A stretch of 64,000 nt of DNA from contig NC_068987.1 in the NCBI RefSeq assembly GCF_001194135.2, forward strand, positions 106,657,553-106,721,552, given 5' to 3'. Shown here in pieces: positions 37,351-52,439 of the stretch; within the stretch, counting starts at the first letter, position 1; each line of letters starts with the position of its first letter. Origin of the DNA: Octopus bimaculoides. Lineage: Eukaryota. A program made the position numbers and the translations under genes. The notes under the pieces are model-generated. The model made no database searches and was not told where the DNA came from. It saw only the letters and a list, made by a program, of their open reading frames with translations.

Positions 37351-38236
37351 CTCGCTTCTACACTATGCATACATAAAGAAGTACCAAACTATCGCACAGA
37401 GACTGCCAACATATACAAATATACATACATGTATGTGTGTGCGAGGCGCGCGCATGTATCCATAAATATACACGCACATGTATACGCACATACGCATATA
37501 CATNNNNNNNNNNNNNNNNNNNNNNNNNNNNNNNNNNNNNNNNNNNNNNNNNNNNNNNNNNNNNNNNNNNNNNNNNNNNNNNNNNNNNNNNNNNNNNNNN
37601 NNNNNNNNNNNNNNNNNNNNNNNNNNNNNNNNNNNNNNNNNNNNNNNNNNNNNNNNNNNNNNNNNNNNNNNNNNNNNNNNNNNNNNNNNNNNNNNNNNNN
37701 NNNNNNNNNNNNNNNNNNNNNNNNNNNNNNNNNNNNNNNNNNNNNNNNNNNNNNNNNNNNNNNNNNNNNNNNNNNNNNNNNNNNNNNNNNNNNNNNNNNN
37801 NNNNNNNNNNNNNNNNNNNNNNNNNNNNNNNNNNNNNNNNNNNNNNNNNNNNNNNNNNNNNNNNNNNNNNNNNNNNNNNNNNNNNNNNNNNNNNNNNNNN
37901 NNNNNNNNNNNNNNNNNNNNNNNNNNNNNNNNNNNNNNNNNNNNNNNNNNNNNNNNNNNNNNNNNNNNNNNNNNNNNNNNNNNNNNNNNNNNNNNNNNNN
38001 NNNNNNNNNNNNNNNNNNNNNNNNNNNNNNNNNNNNNNNNNNNNNNNNNNNNNNNNNNNNNNNNNNNNNNNNNNNNNNNNNNNNNNNNNNNNNNNNNNNN
38101 NNNNNNNNNNNNNNNNNNNNNNNNNNNNNNNNNNNNNNNNNNNNNNNNNNNNNNNNNNNNNNNNNNNNNNNNNNNNNNNNNNNNNNNNNNNNNNNNNNNN
38201 NNNNNNNNNNNNNNNNNNNNNNNNNNNNNNNNNNNN

Positions 38237-38286
<50 letters not shown>

Positions 38287-38869
38287 TGGGGGGTGTATAG
38301 ATAGATAAATAGTTAGATAGATAGATAGACCATGAGATTCCGTCCGTTACGACGTCCATGGTTCCCTTTGATTCAATCAATGGGGCAGCCTGCTTGTCAA
38401 ATTAACGTGCAAGTGGTTAAGCCCTCCACAGACACGCTGACACGCTGAAATACAGGAGCGAAACATATTTGTGAATTGTGTTGCGTCCAACACATAGCCA
38501 TTCGCTGATAAATGAACACGCTGGGGCGCACGCGCAGTGACTCGTACACACACACACTCTCAGATGCATATTCATCATATAAATAAATGGTATATATATA
38601 TATATATATATATACATATANNNNNNNNNNNNNNNNNNNNNNNNNNNNNNNNNNNNNNNNNNNNNNNNNNNNNNNNNNNNNNNNNNNNNNNNNNNNNNNN
38701 NNNNNNNNNNNNNNNNNNNNNNNNNNNNNNNNNNNNNNNNNNNNNNNNNNNNNNNNNNNNNNNNNNNNNNNNNNNNNNNNNNNNNNNNNNNNNNNNNNNN
38801 NNTGTATATATGTATATATGTATATATATATGTATGTATGTATTTGTACATATATATATGTATTTGTAT

Positions 38870-39046
38870 GTCTCCCCACCGTGGCTTGACAACCGGTGCT
38901 GGTGTGTTTATGGCCCCGTAACTTAGCAGTGCGGCAAAGGAAGCCGCTAGAATAAGTACTAAGCTTAGAAATAAGAAGTCCTGTGATCGATTTGTCCGAC
39001 TAAAGTCGGTAATCCAGCATTGTCACACTGAAATGACTGAAACAAG

Positions 39047-39119
<73 letters not shown>

Positions 39120-39143
39120 TTAATAATAATAATAATAATAATG

Positions 39144-39210
<67 letters not shown>

Positions 39211-39215
39211 TGATG

Positions 39216-39258
<43 letters not shown>

Positions 39259-39275
39259 TAAATAAAAGATAGGTG
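38870..39275 (+). mobile_element. SINE-A 3' half with ~215-bp (ATA)n expansion inside its tail
   Basis: The 3' domain ends GAAACAAGT, then (ATA)n, then AAAAGATAGGTG; the copy ending near 31345 has GAAACAAGTGAAAGATAGGTG uninterrupted. Confidence 0.85.
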
Positions 39276-39652
39276 TGCGTCTGCACCTATGTATGTGTTT
39301 AGTTGGGGTTGTGTTTTCGCCTAATATACTAGTTGTTTAGTCAAATGTTGCCTCATCTCTGAATTTTCTGAGTTGCTTCTATCACTGCATTTGTGTTGAG
39401 AATGCATCAATCTCGACACTTCTACCACTCCTATTCTCTCCGTCTCTCTCGATCACTGCATCGAGAAATCTTGCAAAGTAGAAGGAATGTAGAAAAGGTC
39501 ACATGACAATGGCAATCACGTTTTAAACGAAATCTTTGAAAATAAAGTCCTTGATTTCTATGGAGATTTAAAGCGCAATATTTTTTTCATTACCTCGCTA
39601 TTGAAAATATTAAGAATGTTGCAGGTGTTACAATTTGGACCTATATACATAC

Positions 39653-39711
<59 letters not shown>

Positions 39712-42449
39712 NNNNNNNNNNNNNNNNNNNNNNNNNNNNNNNNNNNNNNNNNNNNNNNNNNNNNNNNNNNNNNNNNNNNNNNNNNNNNNNNNNNNNNNNN
39801 NNNNNNNNNNNNNNNNNNNNNNNNNNNNNNNNNNNNNNNNNNNNNNNNNNNNNNNNNNNNNNNNNNNNNNNNNNNNNNNNNNNNNNNNNNNNNNNNNNNN
39901 NNNNNNNNNNNNNNNNNNNNNNNNNNNNNNNNNNNNNNNNNNNNNNNNNNNNNNNNNNNNNNNNNNNNNNNNNNNNNNNNNNNNNNNNNNNNNNNNNNNN
40001 NNNNNNNNNNNNNNNNNNNNNNNNNNNNNNNNNNNNNNNNNNNNNNNNNNNNNNNNNNNNNNNNNNNNNNNNNNNNNNNNNNNNNNNNNNNNNNNNNNNN
40101 NNNNNNNNNNNNNNNNNNNNNNNNNNNNNNNNNNNNNNNNNNNNNNNNNNNNNNNNNNNNNNNNNNNNNNNNNNNNNNNNNNNNNNNNNNNNNNNNNNNN
40201 NNNNNNNNNNNNNNNNNNNNNNNNNNNNNNNNNNNNNNNNNNNNNNNNNNNNNNNNNNNNNNNNNNNNNNNNNNNNNNNNNNNNNNNNNCTTCTTCTTCT
40301 TCTTCTTCTTCTTCTCTTCATCCTTCATTTCTGATCCGCACTGCACTTCGTACTGGCCAATCAATAAACTATTCGTAGTAAATCGATCTTATTTTCTCTA
40401 AAAAAAAAAAAAAAATTGTTTCAAACCTCTCCTCAAATCCGTTTCCTTTCTTCGGGTGCTGGAAAGATTGTGACTGATTTGTCATTATCCATTTTGCAAT
40501 CTTTTCCATAATAGAGTCAGCGAGCAACAGACAGGTGAGAAAGTCAATCGTAGTGCTTCGCTGGTCTTTGACTTCAAGACAACACTACTGCATACATGAG
40601 CAGCAAATTTGGATGCTGTAGTATTTGAACTCAGGTGCAAATTACTCAAGCATATCGCTCGACATTGTGTTCGGAATTCCAATCCTTTTGCCCAGTTTCT
40701 GCTATTATACGTCAGCTATACTATTTTTCAAAAATAAGAGGGGATGGTCCACATTGGGACGTCTTTATCCGTCTATCCTCCTTTATCAAAGCTACTCTAT
40801 TGTCGTACAACAACAAAAGCGGCGAAACACGTGCAATTTCCGAACATTATCTTAAAACTCCATTTATTGCGTGCGTCAAATTATGAGTATCATGCGACAT
40901 AATTAACGATGCTAATGAATTTGATCGCAGCCTTAATCGATCTAATCAATTTTGAAATGATGGTCACAATGACTCTTTGCACTTTACAGATCGATTTAAT
41001 ATCGAAATTTGAATCCCACCAACTTTGATTATATCTACATATGCATTATGTAACTTTTGGCGGAATATACTGTATTGGCGACCGATTAAGATTTTACACC
41101 CTGGAAATTGAAACTGCATAAAATAGTCTTTGAAAAACTACCTCCCATCTATTGTACACTATATTAAAATATGTAACTCATGACTCTCCTTATTGCGTAG
41201 AAACACAATAACGCAACTCGATGCGTCAAAAGACCATTAGCATGTAACCTGCCAGAGTGTCCTTCAGCTGGTAAAGCTGGTTACAACACAGCGCCACTGT
41301 AACACCGTATCTTTTAGACTAGCAACATTAATGTATAACCGATCACAATGTGTTACACGATAAGCTCATTTTACCCTTTCATATTTTAAGCTTTCCGTTT
41401 CATACCTTATTAAAGCGTTGTAACTCCATTATTCCATTTTCTATTAAATCATACAATTTTCTTACACATTCCCTGATACTGCTATTACATATTACGTAAA
41501 ACCATCGTATGGCTATTACAAACGGTACTTCACGTCAGATTTCTATCATCTCTAGATCATTTCGCCTCTTACGAATATAATACAACGGACAAAGAAATAG
41601 AAAGACAATGCATCGAGAATTCAACAAGCAGTGAATGAATATACGACATCATTTAAAGCATCACAACTCACAATTTCGCTTTTTAATAATATTTACTCTT
41701 TCCTGCAAAATAAAACAGTGTTTCCTTCTAGCTGCATATATATATATATATATATATCTGTAAGAATATGTGACACTTATTCAGTAGCCATGATAAAACT
41801 CCGAGTTTCGGATGCCAGGGTGGGAGCCCACGCCAACATCTCTGCAGTTATCTGGCCAATTGAAAATTCCTGTGAAAAATGACCGTTAAAAACAAAGTGA
41901 AATTACTGTACAGTACAAGGTCAAAAACGCGTCTAAAACTGCCTATATTATCGCATGCACGCATATATTCATATACGCATGCACATATCTCTATATACGC
42001 ACGCATATATCTACATTACACGCTCATCCACGCGCACACTCATAAGCGCGCACATATAAAGTTCCTTGTACGTAAGTATAGGCGTACAGGAAAAATAAAC
42101 AGGGTGGAGGGTAGAATAATTATAGAGAGATAAAAAGCTTATAGATAGACACAAAAATAGAAAGCATGTCCTATCAAACACTCAGGGAGACCAAAAACGT
42201 AGCAAATATTTGGCCAGATGTGGACATGATCCGAAAAGTTCAGTCTTTGAATCTAGACATGTGGTAGGGTCTAAGCTGCCTTTCCAGATGATCCATCTTT
42301 CCATATCACATAGACTGCACCTTCCGCTGCCGCTGGTGTAAGGTTTATACTTGGCTAGGTTCTTCCAATGGATGTTGTAACTGACACCTTTATCTTTTAA
42401 AGACCATTTATGACTGGATAATTTTGTTGTTTTTCTTTTGTCCTAGTGC

Positions 42450-42740
42450 CTGAAACTCAAAGTTCGTGATATGCTCTTCACAGACAGTTGTGCACATGTA
42501 GCACACCCTTGATGGCAGGTAATGGATTCTAAACAACTTCTTGCGTCCATCGAAGCCTATTAGTTTCAACATCAGCATCAAGAAAACTAAGCCTGTCCGA
42601 CAGATCATTCGTGACCATCCTTCCGCTGTTGCCCCTACTGTATATTCTGATGGGAAAGCAGTAAAAACTGTCTCGTCCTTCATTTAGTTTGGTTCCATTA
42701 TGTCCAGTGATGTTAAGATGGATAAAGACATTGACTCCTA
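42450..42740 (+). mobile_element. RTE LINE reverse-transcriptase fragment
   Basis: RDMLFTDSCAHVAH...FNISIKKTK...FGSIMSSDVKMDKDIDS matches the LFADD, KKT and YLGS motifs. Confidence 0.8.
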
Positions 42741-45700
42741 ACGTATCAACCTCGTAACTTTTAAGCCAAAGTATCCGGAGGATAGAAAACTATTCTGGCT
42801 TTTTTTAAATTCTGAGAAGACGCCAATAAATTACAGAAGAAGGTAGCAGCATTGTTAGAGTACTAACAGTTTTGAGCGGCATTTATAGTAATCACTGTAC
42901 TCAATTAAAGGAAGCCGTATAAAATGTAGATGGAATTTAAATTCGTTGAAAACATTCAAGAGATGAAATTAACTTATCTTGCGGACAAATATTTAAAAAT
43001 ATTTACGTGACAATAACTGCCTGTTTATAGATCTATCACTTTTCATTGATAATAAGAATCTGGATACTTTTCATGATAAAGCCGTAATGCATATATGCAA
43101 CAAATGGGGGACTTTCATCATTATATACTTTGCGGCACAATACAGGAATACTAAGCATGCATAAGAAAAGATGACATGTTTTGTTGTAATACTGAAATGC
43201 CTGCTACTAGTGAAATTATGAATCTCACCTCAAAATAAGGGAGAAAATATTTTCCTTCATTAACTGTAGGCAGTCGTGTGTCTTCAGAAAAACATAACTG
43301 TGGCAGCGACTGCTCTAATGTTCATAAACATTACGGCCATAACAGGGGTGGAGTCGAAAGGGAAACATTACAAAACAGTTGAAAGAAAAGACGAAAATAA
43401 TATTTCGTAAAATAAATGATGAGCAAGAAGAGGAGAACAAAGGGGAGGAAGGTGACGTTTGTGAAGGTAGTGGTGTTGTTGTTGGTGTCGATAGTGGTGG
43501 TGGTGGTGTTGACACTAACCCTATCAAAGACAAAACGAACAGTAATAGTAGTGTAAAAAAACCCCCAGTTAAATCAGGGTTAACAAAAATGAGTATAAGT
43601 GGAAGTGAAAAAGATAGAGAAATAAGATTGTCGAGATTGAGGCAAAATTACCTGACTAAAAATGCAAGAAAGGGAAAAATTAAAGATCAACAACAATAGA
43701 AATAAAAACTTCAAAACGGCGATTGAAAGAGGAGAAATATTGAGTTCAATAGAACGAAAAGTATCGTAAAACAAATTAAGAAAAAATTCAAGAAACAAAT
43801 TTTGAAATACAGTCTTCAAGAGAATGAATAAATGGACAGGTATTGAACTGCATTTACTTGTGATCTGAAACCTAATTATGCATCTGAACGCATTGTATAC
43901 CTGGAGTGAGTATATAAAACCTATGACAAATGCGGTGGAAGACATTTCGATGAGGAGCTTACCTATAATTGGGCCACTTCATAATACAAACACTTTTCGA
44001 GAAATATGCAAGGAAAATTATAAAGAAAATTGGGTTTAAAGAGTAAGGAGAAATTTATAACAGAGTTCCAATTTCAACGTTTATATTTTGTTGATAGCAT
44101 TCAAACAAACAGAAATTCAATTTCACAAGTAAAAATTTCTAAGCACAAGATTTGCAAGAAATGCTTCATAAATACAATTCTTATATCAACAGATTCTTGG
44201 TATACTTTACAATGCACTTCAACGTTGAATTTTCAAATTGACATCGTTTCCGGCAATAAACACAGAGGGAGGATATGTCTATCGATTTAATGTTCTCGAG
44301 TGTAATCAAGCGACAATTATTATGGCTCGAGATAATAGCAAACGAGATATTGATTTAAAGTGTCGTGACTGTAGCATTAGATTCATAAATGATTCCTGTC
44401 GTTCATACGATGTTTACAGTATCTGAAGCTTTTTGTCAACAGGGTAAATGTAAATCACTTAGGTTTTCCACAAGTCGGTGGTGGAGTTTACTTAAAAAAA
44501 TCCGCGTGTTTATTGTTTTATAATTGTATCGTTAAACAAAATTAACGAATTGTCAAACACAGCAATTTGTCTATTCATCTTTATAACTGCCAAAATTCAT
44601 TTTCACGTGCTTTTTACTCATATATGTGCCCAAACAGAGTCGGAAGTCTCCACCCCTAAGAAACACACATATCGAGAAGAACTATGTTTACAGTCTTATA
44701 TGCATGGTATCATATGGATAGATTTTGGTGGTGTTGGTATTCTTCCATGTTGCTTTAAAAGTAGCTTCTAAAGCTCTAATATTTTCGTTGCTTTTACTTG
44801 CAATGTAAATTGAAAATAAATCAAATATTTTCCAATATGGCTGCACACCGAAAGACCAAACTAATGTCAAATGCTTTTCATTTTAACGCTTCCAAATTGT
44901 TGGACTTTGTTTGTATATCAGATATACTTTTACAAGTAAATTAGTATTTGCATAAAATGGCATAAAAAAAGCTGTTCACATACATTTCAATATATTTCAA
45001 TTAGATTTCAATTTGATATATTTCAATTCGATTTATCCTATAACGTCGCCAGAAATTTCAACCCAACAAAAATAACAGAACTGACCCAAATGTGAAATTG
45101 CACATGGTTCTGGTTGCCTAAGGCTAAAGCACAAAACACAAGGTTCAACAAAAGGTTATTCTAATAAATATATTAGAGAAATACAAAATGATGAGCGTGG
45201 ATATGTATAAAAAAGAACCCTACCTGATTGAGCGTTTGATGCTAAAGTTAGGTATCATGTCATTGGTAACCAATGAATATTGCTTTACTGCAATTTGAGC
45301 TAAAGCATATTGACACACATAACTATGAACTGCTTTAATGTTATAGTTCCTCAAGGATATTTGTGCGTATGTTTGTAAGACTTTTCATAATGAAATATTT
45401 AGACCTGATCTCAAGATTAAAACACGAAATTCCATATATGGCGGTATTTTTGTAACAATGGAAATTTCGGAAGGTATGAGTTTTCTCAATTCCTCAGATG
45501 TATACTAACGTGAATAGTAAACAAATGACTGTTTGCTCACAGATTAGATTATAAATATATTTACGGGAGAAATTGCAGCTCAGAACTAACCTAGCTTCAA
45601 TCAAATAAACAGCTGTGTTTTCAAAAGTTTGTCAAAATGTCTCTTTTCCACTAATTCTGTGGTATAATCAATTCCTATCCTATTATACGCAGAACGCCTA

Positions 45701-45759
45701 ACAATCGAATTAAAAATGCCGTTAGTTAGAGTTCTAATATAACATCGTATTTTAAAACG

Positions 45760-45940
45760 ACGATTCGGCAAAATCTTTAGAGATATTTACTGTCTTTACG
45801 CACTGAGTTCAAATTCTACCGCGGTTTACTTTGTCTTTGATCTTTTCGTGATTGATGAAATAAGTACCAGTTAGGCACATGGGCCGTGGTAGTCACCGAA
45901 ATGTTTGGCCTTGAGCCAACATTTGAAACCAATACAAAAT
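45760..45940 (+). mobile_element. Decayed SINE-B
   Basis: CTGAGTTCAAATTC B box, AAATAAGTACCAGTT, and tail GGCCTTGAGCCAACATTTGAAACCAATA. Confidence 0.65.
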
Positions 45941-46349
45941 AACATTTGGCAGTAATGTGGCAATAATGTAAACGGTACCTCAAATTCAACATGGACAATT
46001 ATACTAAAGATTATTTCTTCATTAAATATACGACACCGTTTTTGTTGTTGTTAGTCGTGTTTGTAGATTACCAACACTACATTATAATGCAAATTTCTTC
46101 CAGGAAGTGCAATATATTTATAAAATCTCCAACTTTGTATGAATTGCTATTGCAGCAATGCTTTCTTCACACAAACAAACTGTACTCATTACAAAACGAT
46201 GAGTTAACAATGAAACTAATAAAATAATTCCTGCAGCACAGAAGATCTGTTAAGATGTGTAAATATAGATTAACCCAATTTGCTTCCTTATCAAAATCAA
46301 TCTACAATTCTATACTTGCGATGGTACATTTCGATCAAAGCAGAGGATG

Positions 46350-48260
46350 CGTTTTCCTTGAGGCTTCTGTTAGATTTTGTATAACACTTTGTCTCTAAGT
46401 TGCAGTCTGACAATTTTTTACACCTTTCTAACATTTGGTTGCGTCTTCTGGCATAAAATGATTACTCAGGTGCTGCATGAAAAAACCCGAGCCTTTTCTA
46501 TTTTTTGTTTTTGTTCTTTAGTACTGGTTATTACTTCTTCACATATAGCTGCAACTTCAGTTCTTGCAAGAAAAGCATTCTATTCAGCTCCCAAATGTAG
46601 TGAACAATGGTATATTAATTTTATATATTTGCAAAACATATGGATACGAAAGAACGAAATTGCTACAAGCACATTGGACGAACTTACGTTTGTAAACAAT
46701 AAATGTTTTGGCAGCTCTGTGCAGATGGCTTTAACATTTGGAATTTCGGAAGTATAACGTGAATGTGTTCAACTGTGCCATTAAAGAAATAACATGTGCA
46801 AATATTTTGACTAAATTAATCGTTTATATGGGGACACATGACAACGATCATTTTAATTCCTGCAATGCTGTCGTTCTTCAATTCCAAAAACTTACCTTCC
46901 AATATTTGAGAAATGCATTCATATCGAGATATAATTTCTGGTGTCCATGTATAGACGTACTATTCTAACACAAAGTTTCGTATGTAGCAAGCGCCAGAAA
47001 TTTATTTTGAATACAATTTTTTATTTACTTGTAAGAAAGGAGGGAGGACAGTTTAATTTTATCCAGAGTAGCATTTTCTTTAGTTGAATTTAACGCGTTT
47101 TCCATCTGTCCTTATATGTCAGTGTTAAAGTAGCTTCTGTGCTCAAATGTATTCAAATATTTCAGCAAATTAAGATAGCTTTGCATACCATTAGTAATCA
47201 TTCATGAAAAAGGTCAAGTTACCTCTCGTGAGATAATGTGAATGTGACACAATTTGCCTGTGGTTAGCTAACTTATATATAGTGTCGGAGAATAGGGAGA
47301 GGAAATCTTTGTCGATAGATGCTCTCTTTTAGAGGAATTGGCCTTGATTTTAATAATTATTTGAAAAGTATCATGAAAACAACTTGCAATTATTTGTTTC
47401 ATGCTTTGATTATTTGACATTCGCAGTGAATGAATTAAGTCGCAGTATAATCTGATTTCATGGATATTGTTCACAGCTTAAACAAATTTTGATTACTAAA
47501 CATGTTTTGAATATTTTCAGGACAAATTCTAATAAAATTACTCCAAGAATTACTCTCAGAATTTCTTGGAGTATTCTGTAGAATCTTCTAAATAATTCCC
47601 GAAGAGTTCTGTAGCAGCTTCAATTTTCAAACATGTTTATCCTTGCCAGTTCTTTTAATTTCCTTATGGGATAAATATTTGTTCACTATATCATCCTCCT
47701 GAACAAACTCAACAAATCTCATTAATATTTTCCAGTTCTCTTTGCAGTTTCATTAACTTGAAGCACATATAATGATTCCTATCTTCGATAAGTATTCTCT
47801 TTTATATTTGCCGTTATCTCAACAATACGCTTACATGCTTCGTCATTTCTAAGTTGTATCTTTTCATTTTCATTAGATGCCTAATAACTCTCATAGAAAC
47901 GAACGATCCTTTAATGATATGAGCGTTTTAATACTTGGAAACTGGTGACAAGATGACTGTTACATCAATTTAACTGTACTTTTAAAAATTGTAATGGAAA
48001 TGGAGATTTGCATTTTGAAATCCGTTAGTAAACACCTGGAGTGAAAAACAGGGCTGAATATTCTCAGTCCTAATGTCTAATTCCTCAAATTCTTTTCATG
48101 AATACGGTATCCATGGATATAACTCTCCTCTTCTATACATAAAGTAAAACCGAGTGAGAGATATAATTCGTGTATCGCCTGCTCTTCTGCTCTTTCTTAA
48201 TTTGTTTTGTTTTTTAATGCTTTTAAGGGCGTCGGACTTCGTGTGCTGAGTGAGGTGGAT
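46350..48260 (-). pseudogene. Decayed hAT (Buster/Charlie-type) transposase
   Basis: Minus-strand fragments in the expected order: YISLGFT, IQLRNDEACKRIVEITANIK...YVLQVNET, FIHCEC..K, IKANSSKR, YLTRGNL. These match the LSNDT..RRI, LQLDEST, CxxH, IKA and WLSRG motifs; many stops. The lower boundary is uncertain. Confidence 0.6.
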
Positions 48261-48793
48261 TATTTTCCCGATATACACGGACACTCTTACCTCAATTTCA
48301 GCAATCTCATTTGTGTTGCCACCTGCGAATCAGCTTCACATTACAAGAGATATTTCTAATATATTTGAACACCATTCTGAAACTCAAAGAGCAGACATTA
48401 CGATATATTTCTAATTAACTGAAACATTTCAAAATGTCTGTAATATCTGTTTCATGTTTCACGCAAACTTTACAAATACTTCAGATTACTAGTCATATTT
48501 TCAAAAGCCTCAATGAAAATCCAACTCAATTATTCCAAGATATTCTGTGAAGTATTAATCTACAATTTCAATACTATATAAGTGAATTACACGGAAATTA
48601 TATTTCAGATTTGCTAAATTTTTACTTTCTTAATAATTTCCATCTCTATTTAAGAAATACTTTTTTTCTCTGAATACTGTTAAATAAACCTCAACTGTTG
48701 ATGTATACATACATATACGCACAAGCATACCAATAACATCTATGTCTGTGTGTATAAAATATATACATACATACACACACACACACATACGCA

Positions 48794-48825
<32 letters not shown>

Positions 48826-49789
48826 TATANNNNNNNNNNNNNNNNNNNNNNNNNNNNNNNNNNNNNNNNNNNNNNNNNNNNNNNNNNNNNNNNNNNNNNN
48901 NNNNNNNNNNNNNNNNNNNNATATATATATATATATATATATACATACATGTATATATCTATATATATATATATATATAACATATATATACGCCCATACA
49001 TAACTTTACATATATACATTCATACATACATATGTATATGCACACATACACACACGCACCACACACATATGTATATACAAAACAACATATATGCGTACAC
49101 ATGACATATTAGGAAACAATTATTGCTTCAATGCGAAATTGACAACTTTAATTAAGTACTAGATATTGTGCGTATGTATTTGTCAGTCGTCTCATCCTAC
49201 ACTAAACTGTTATTTGCTAAGGTGAGTTAAGCATTTAGATAACTGAATGTAATCACACGCATACACACATAAAATCGCATGCGCACAGTCACACACAGAC
49301 TACCACTTAAAAGATGTGAACATACGCGCAAACAGTCACGCACACACAAGCCAGAAGCTGCAATAGTCATATGCGTATTCGCACATACGCCCATTCGAGG
49401 ATTCGCACACAAATACAGAAGAACATAGTTACGAACATAAAGACATAATTACACACCGACATGGGTAACAGAATGAATAAATTTATAATTCACAGAATAC
49501 ACTTTCTCAAGTGCTCTTTATTGTGAATAGGTTTTCATGTTACTGGAAATGGAAAAGCATTCGTTAGACAATCAATTACTTTTCATGGTGGAAGCACAGA
49601 CTTCGACTATCTGGTTTCATTCCTCTGACGGGCAGTATGAAATCTATGCATCACAGATGAACCATTAATAGGACTGAATTATATATGTTAGAAATAGTTT
49701 TTCCTACATGCTGCTATATTTAAAACAACATTAGGAACTGATTCGCACTCGAATTATTCCCAATTAGACTTTAATATTTCTTACATTGA

Positions 49790-50010
49790 AGGCGGTGAGC
49801 TGGCAAAATCATTAGCACGCCGGGCAAAATGCTTAGCGGTGTTTCGTCCAGCCTTATGTTCTGAGTTCAAATTCCGGCGACGTCGACTTCGCCTTTTCGT
49901 CTCTTTCGGGGTCGACAAAACGTACCAATTGAGCACCGGGTTCGATGTAATCAACTAATAATACCTTCTCCGAAATTACTGGCCTTGTGCTGAAATTTGA
50001 AAGCAATATT
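49790..50010 (+). mobile_element. SINE-B with the common tail (GGCCTTGTGCTGAAATTTGAAAGCAATATT)
   Basis: Intact head including the empty site CTTAGCGGTGTTTCG, B box and body. Confidence 0.9.
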
Positions 50011-50520
50011 TCTTGCACTGAATATGTTTATATGAAGTAAATTATATCCCAAATGCTATTATTATTGACTCGTAATTATTATTTGAAATTTAACCTTGCC
50101 ACAAGACCCCAGAGAAAGAGAAGTCGATTTAATTGGAACAACCCTAAACGAACACACATAAATGGTAATTAAATGATCACCTACCCTCATATACCACACA
50201 TGCACAACGCAAATGATGAACTTAGAATAAGAAAAGAATATATCTAAATACGTACGATATTTCATACACAATAGCATAAAATATTTAACATTTACATTGA
50301 TATAATTTTAGGATAACCAAATAGAATAGTTTGGCGTGATGTGGTATTATCATTTTTCAAATTTTCAGCCGGGATTTAAAAGCACATTCCATTTCGTTTG
50401 ATTGGGGTTTTGTATTTTGCTCAGTAATCAATGACCTCATTTATTCTTATTTTACCACTAATTTACTCTGTGCATACTTTTAACTCTTTTCAAACTAAAT
50501 TTTATGATTACACCTATTTG

Positions 50521-50730
50521 TGGCGGTAAGCTGGCAGAATAGGTAAACTAGCATGCGGGGGGCCAAATGGTTAGCGATATATCGTCGGCGTTTACGTTCT
50601 GAGTTCCGTTGAGCTTGACTTTGCCTTTCACATTTTAGGAGTCGATAAAATATGTTGAACACTGGGGACGGTGTAATTGACTCAACCCTTCCCCTGGAAT
50701 ATTTGGCTTTGGGCAAACTTTTAAAAACAT
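50521..50730 (+). mobile_element. Decayed SINE-B
   Basis: GGCGGTAAGCTGGCAGAAT head, TTACGTTCTGAGTTC, GACTTTGCCTTTCAC. Confidence 0.75.
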
Positions 50731-51765
50731 TAGTACATTTATTCATCTATCCTTTATTTCACCCACTTCAGGCATTCACATATCTATGTCTCTTTTAGCT
50801 ATTCGAAAATTTTAGAGTCATTTCGGTATATTCAACATCATCCACACTGACTATCGAAAGGTTTATTTTGTTTTCAAATTATGCTTTGAATATTTACCTG
50901 AATTATAATTGAGAACTATTTACATGAAAAAAAGAAAAGCTGCACCGAAAAGCGGAATGGAAAGGAGAATGTCATATTTGCAATGAGAAACGAAAGTCTT
51001 CAGAACTGCAACAAATAATTGGAATTCCTGGTACGCTCAATATTAATGACACGACGTTGATGGTGCAACGAAGGCGTTGCATCATGCTCGACACCTCAAA
51101 ATATGTGCATCTCACCGGCCATCTCACTTGCGAACAGATTGCACTGGAAGCGCGTAACACAAACTGAATGTATTTTAGATGATATTTGCACGAAGTGCAG
51201 AGTGAAGCCATGAAATTCAGTAGCATGTGGTTGGTTAAAAAATATATTACACACGGTACCAATTGTGCACTTATACAATTATAAGCTATTTGAAATACTC
51301 TTACAATATTGCAACATTTTTTTTTTCTTAAATGATTTAAACACTGAGGGTAATAAAATGCTTTCAAATATATTTTAATCTAGCAGCAAATTTAAAATAT
51401 TTTTGATGTTACCTCTTTCTGCATTAATTCATCGCCTAAACCTGTTTCATATTTATATATTTATTAAATAGAAACATATAACCATCACCTCTCACCGTTC
51501 ACGATTACTGTTTTATTATTTTACTAGCGACCATGATTAAAGAATCGGCCATCAAAGAAGCATTCTTCAAAGTATAGTTCACAAAAGAGATTCCTTTGAT
51601 TCTGCTAAACCATTCCATTTTCAGCGTCATTGACCAACGCGTAGGCAGTCGGTAAGTCGACTCGAGAGGTCAGTTACGGAAAACATATTAAAATATGGTT
51701 CGCTACATACTGAAATTGAAGTTATCGACATCATTGAGGATGGTTTTCAATGTTGCATATATCAA

Positions 51766-51823
<58 letters not shown>

Positions 51824-51845
51824 GCATACCTACTTACATATATAA

Positions 51846-52063
51846 TTACTTGTTTCAATCGTTTGACTGCGGTGATGCTGGAGCACCACCTTAAAGAGAG
51901 TTAGTCGAAGAAATAAACTGCAAGAGTTATTCTATGTAAGCCTAGTACTTATTCTATGGCTCTCTTTTACCGAACCGCTAGACCAAAGGGACATAACCAC
52001 ACCAGCATTGGTTGACGAGCGATGGTCAGGGTACAAACACAGACACACAGACACAGACACACT

Positions 52064-52136
<73 letters not shown>

Positions 52137-52360
52137 NNNNNNNNNNNNNNNNNNNNNNNNNNNNNNNNNNNNNNNNNNNNNNNNNNNNNNNNNNNATATA
52201 TATATATATACGACGGGCTTTTTTCAGGTTCGGGCTACCAAATCCACTCACAAAGCTTTGGTTAGCCCAAAACTATAGTAGACACCAACCCAAGGTGCCA
52301 CACTGTGGGAATGAACCTGGAACTATGTGTCTGGAATACAAGCTTCTTACCACGCATCCA
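51846..52360 (-). mobile_element. SINE-A with expanded internal (TA)/(TG) tract and gap
   Basis: Both halves of the family consensus flank the microsatellite and gap. Confidence 0.85.
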
Positions 52361-52439
52361 TAATGTTGTGGCGAGAGTCATTGTGGCGAGAGTCCCTTTC
52401 GAGAATAGACTTGACAGAACGGATATAAATAGTAGCGTT

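Noticed and set aside
43379-44030. Purine-rich coding-like stretch (106-aa ORF, then a frame with stops)
   Set aside because: No recognisable motif or splice signals; part of it is decayed (GGT)n/(TGT)n.
44238-44426. 62-aa Cys-containing ORF
   Set aside because: No credible start or acceptor and no motif recognised.
3592-49104. Long ORFs containing X runs
   Set aside because: They are open only because N gaps and flanking (TA)n/(CA)n contain no stops.
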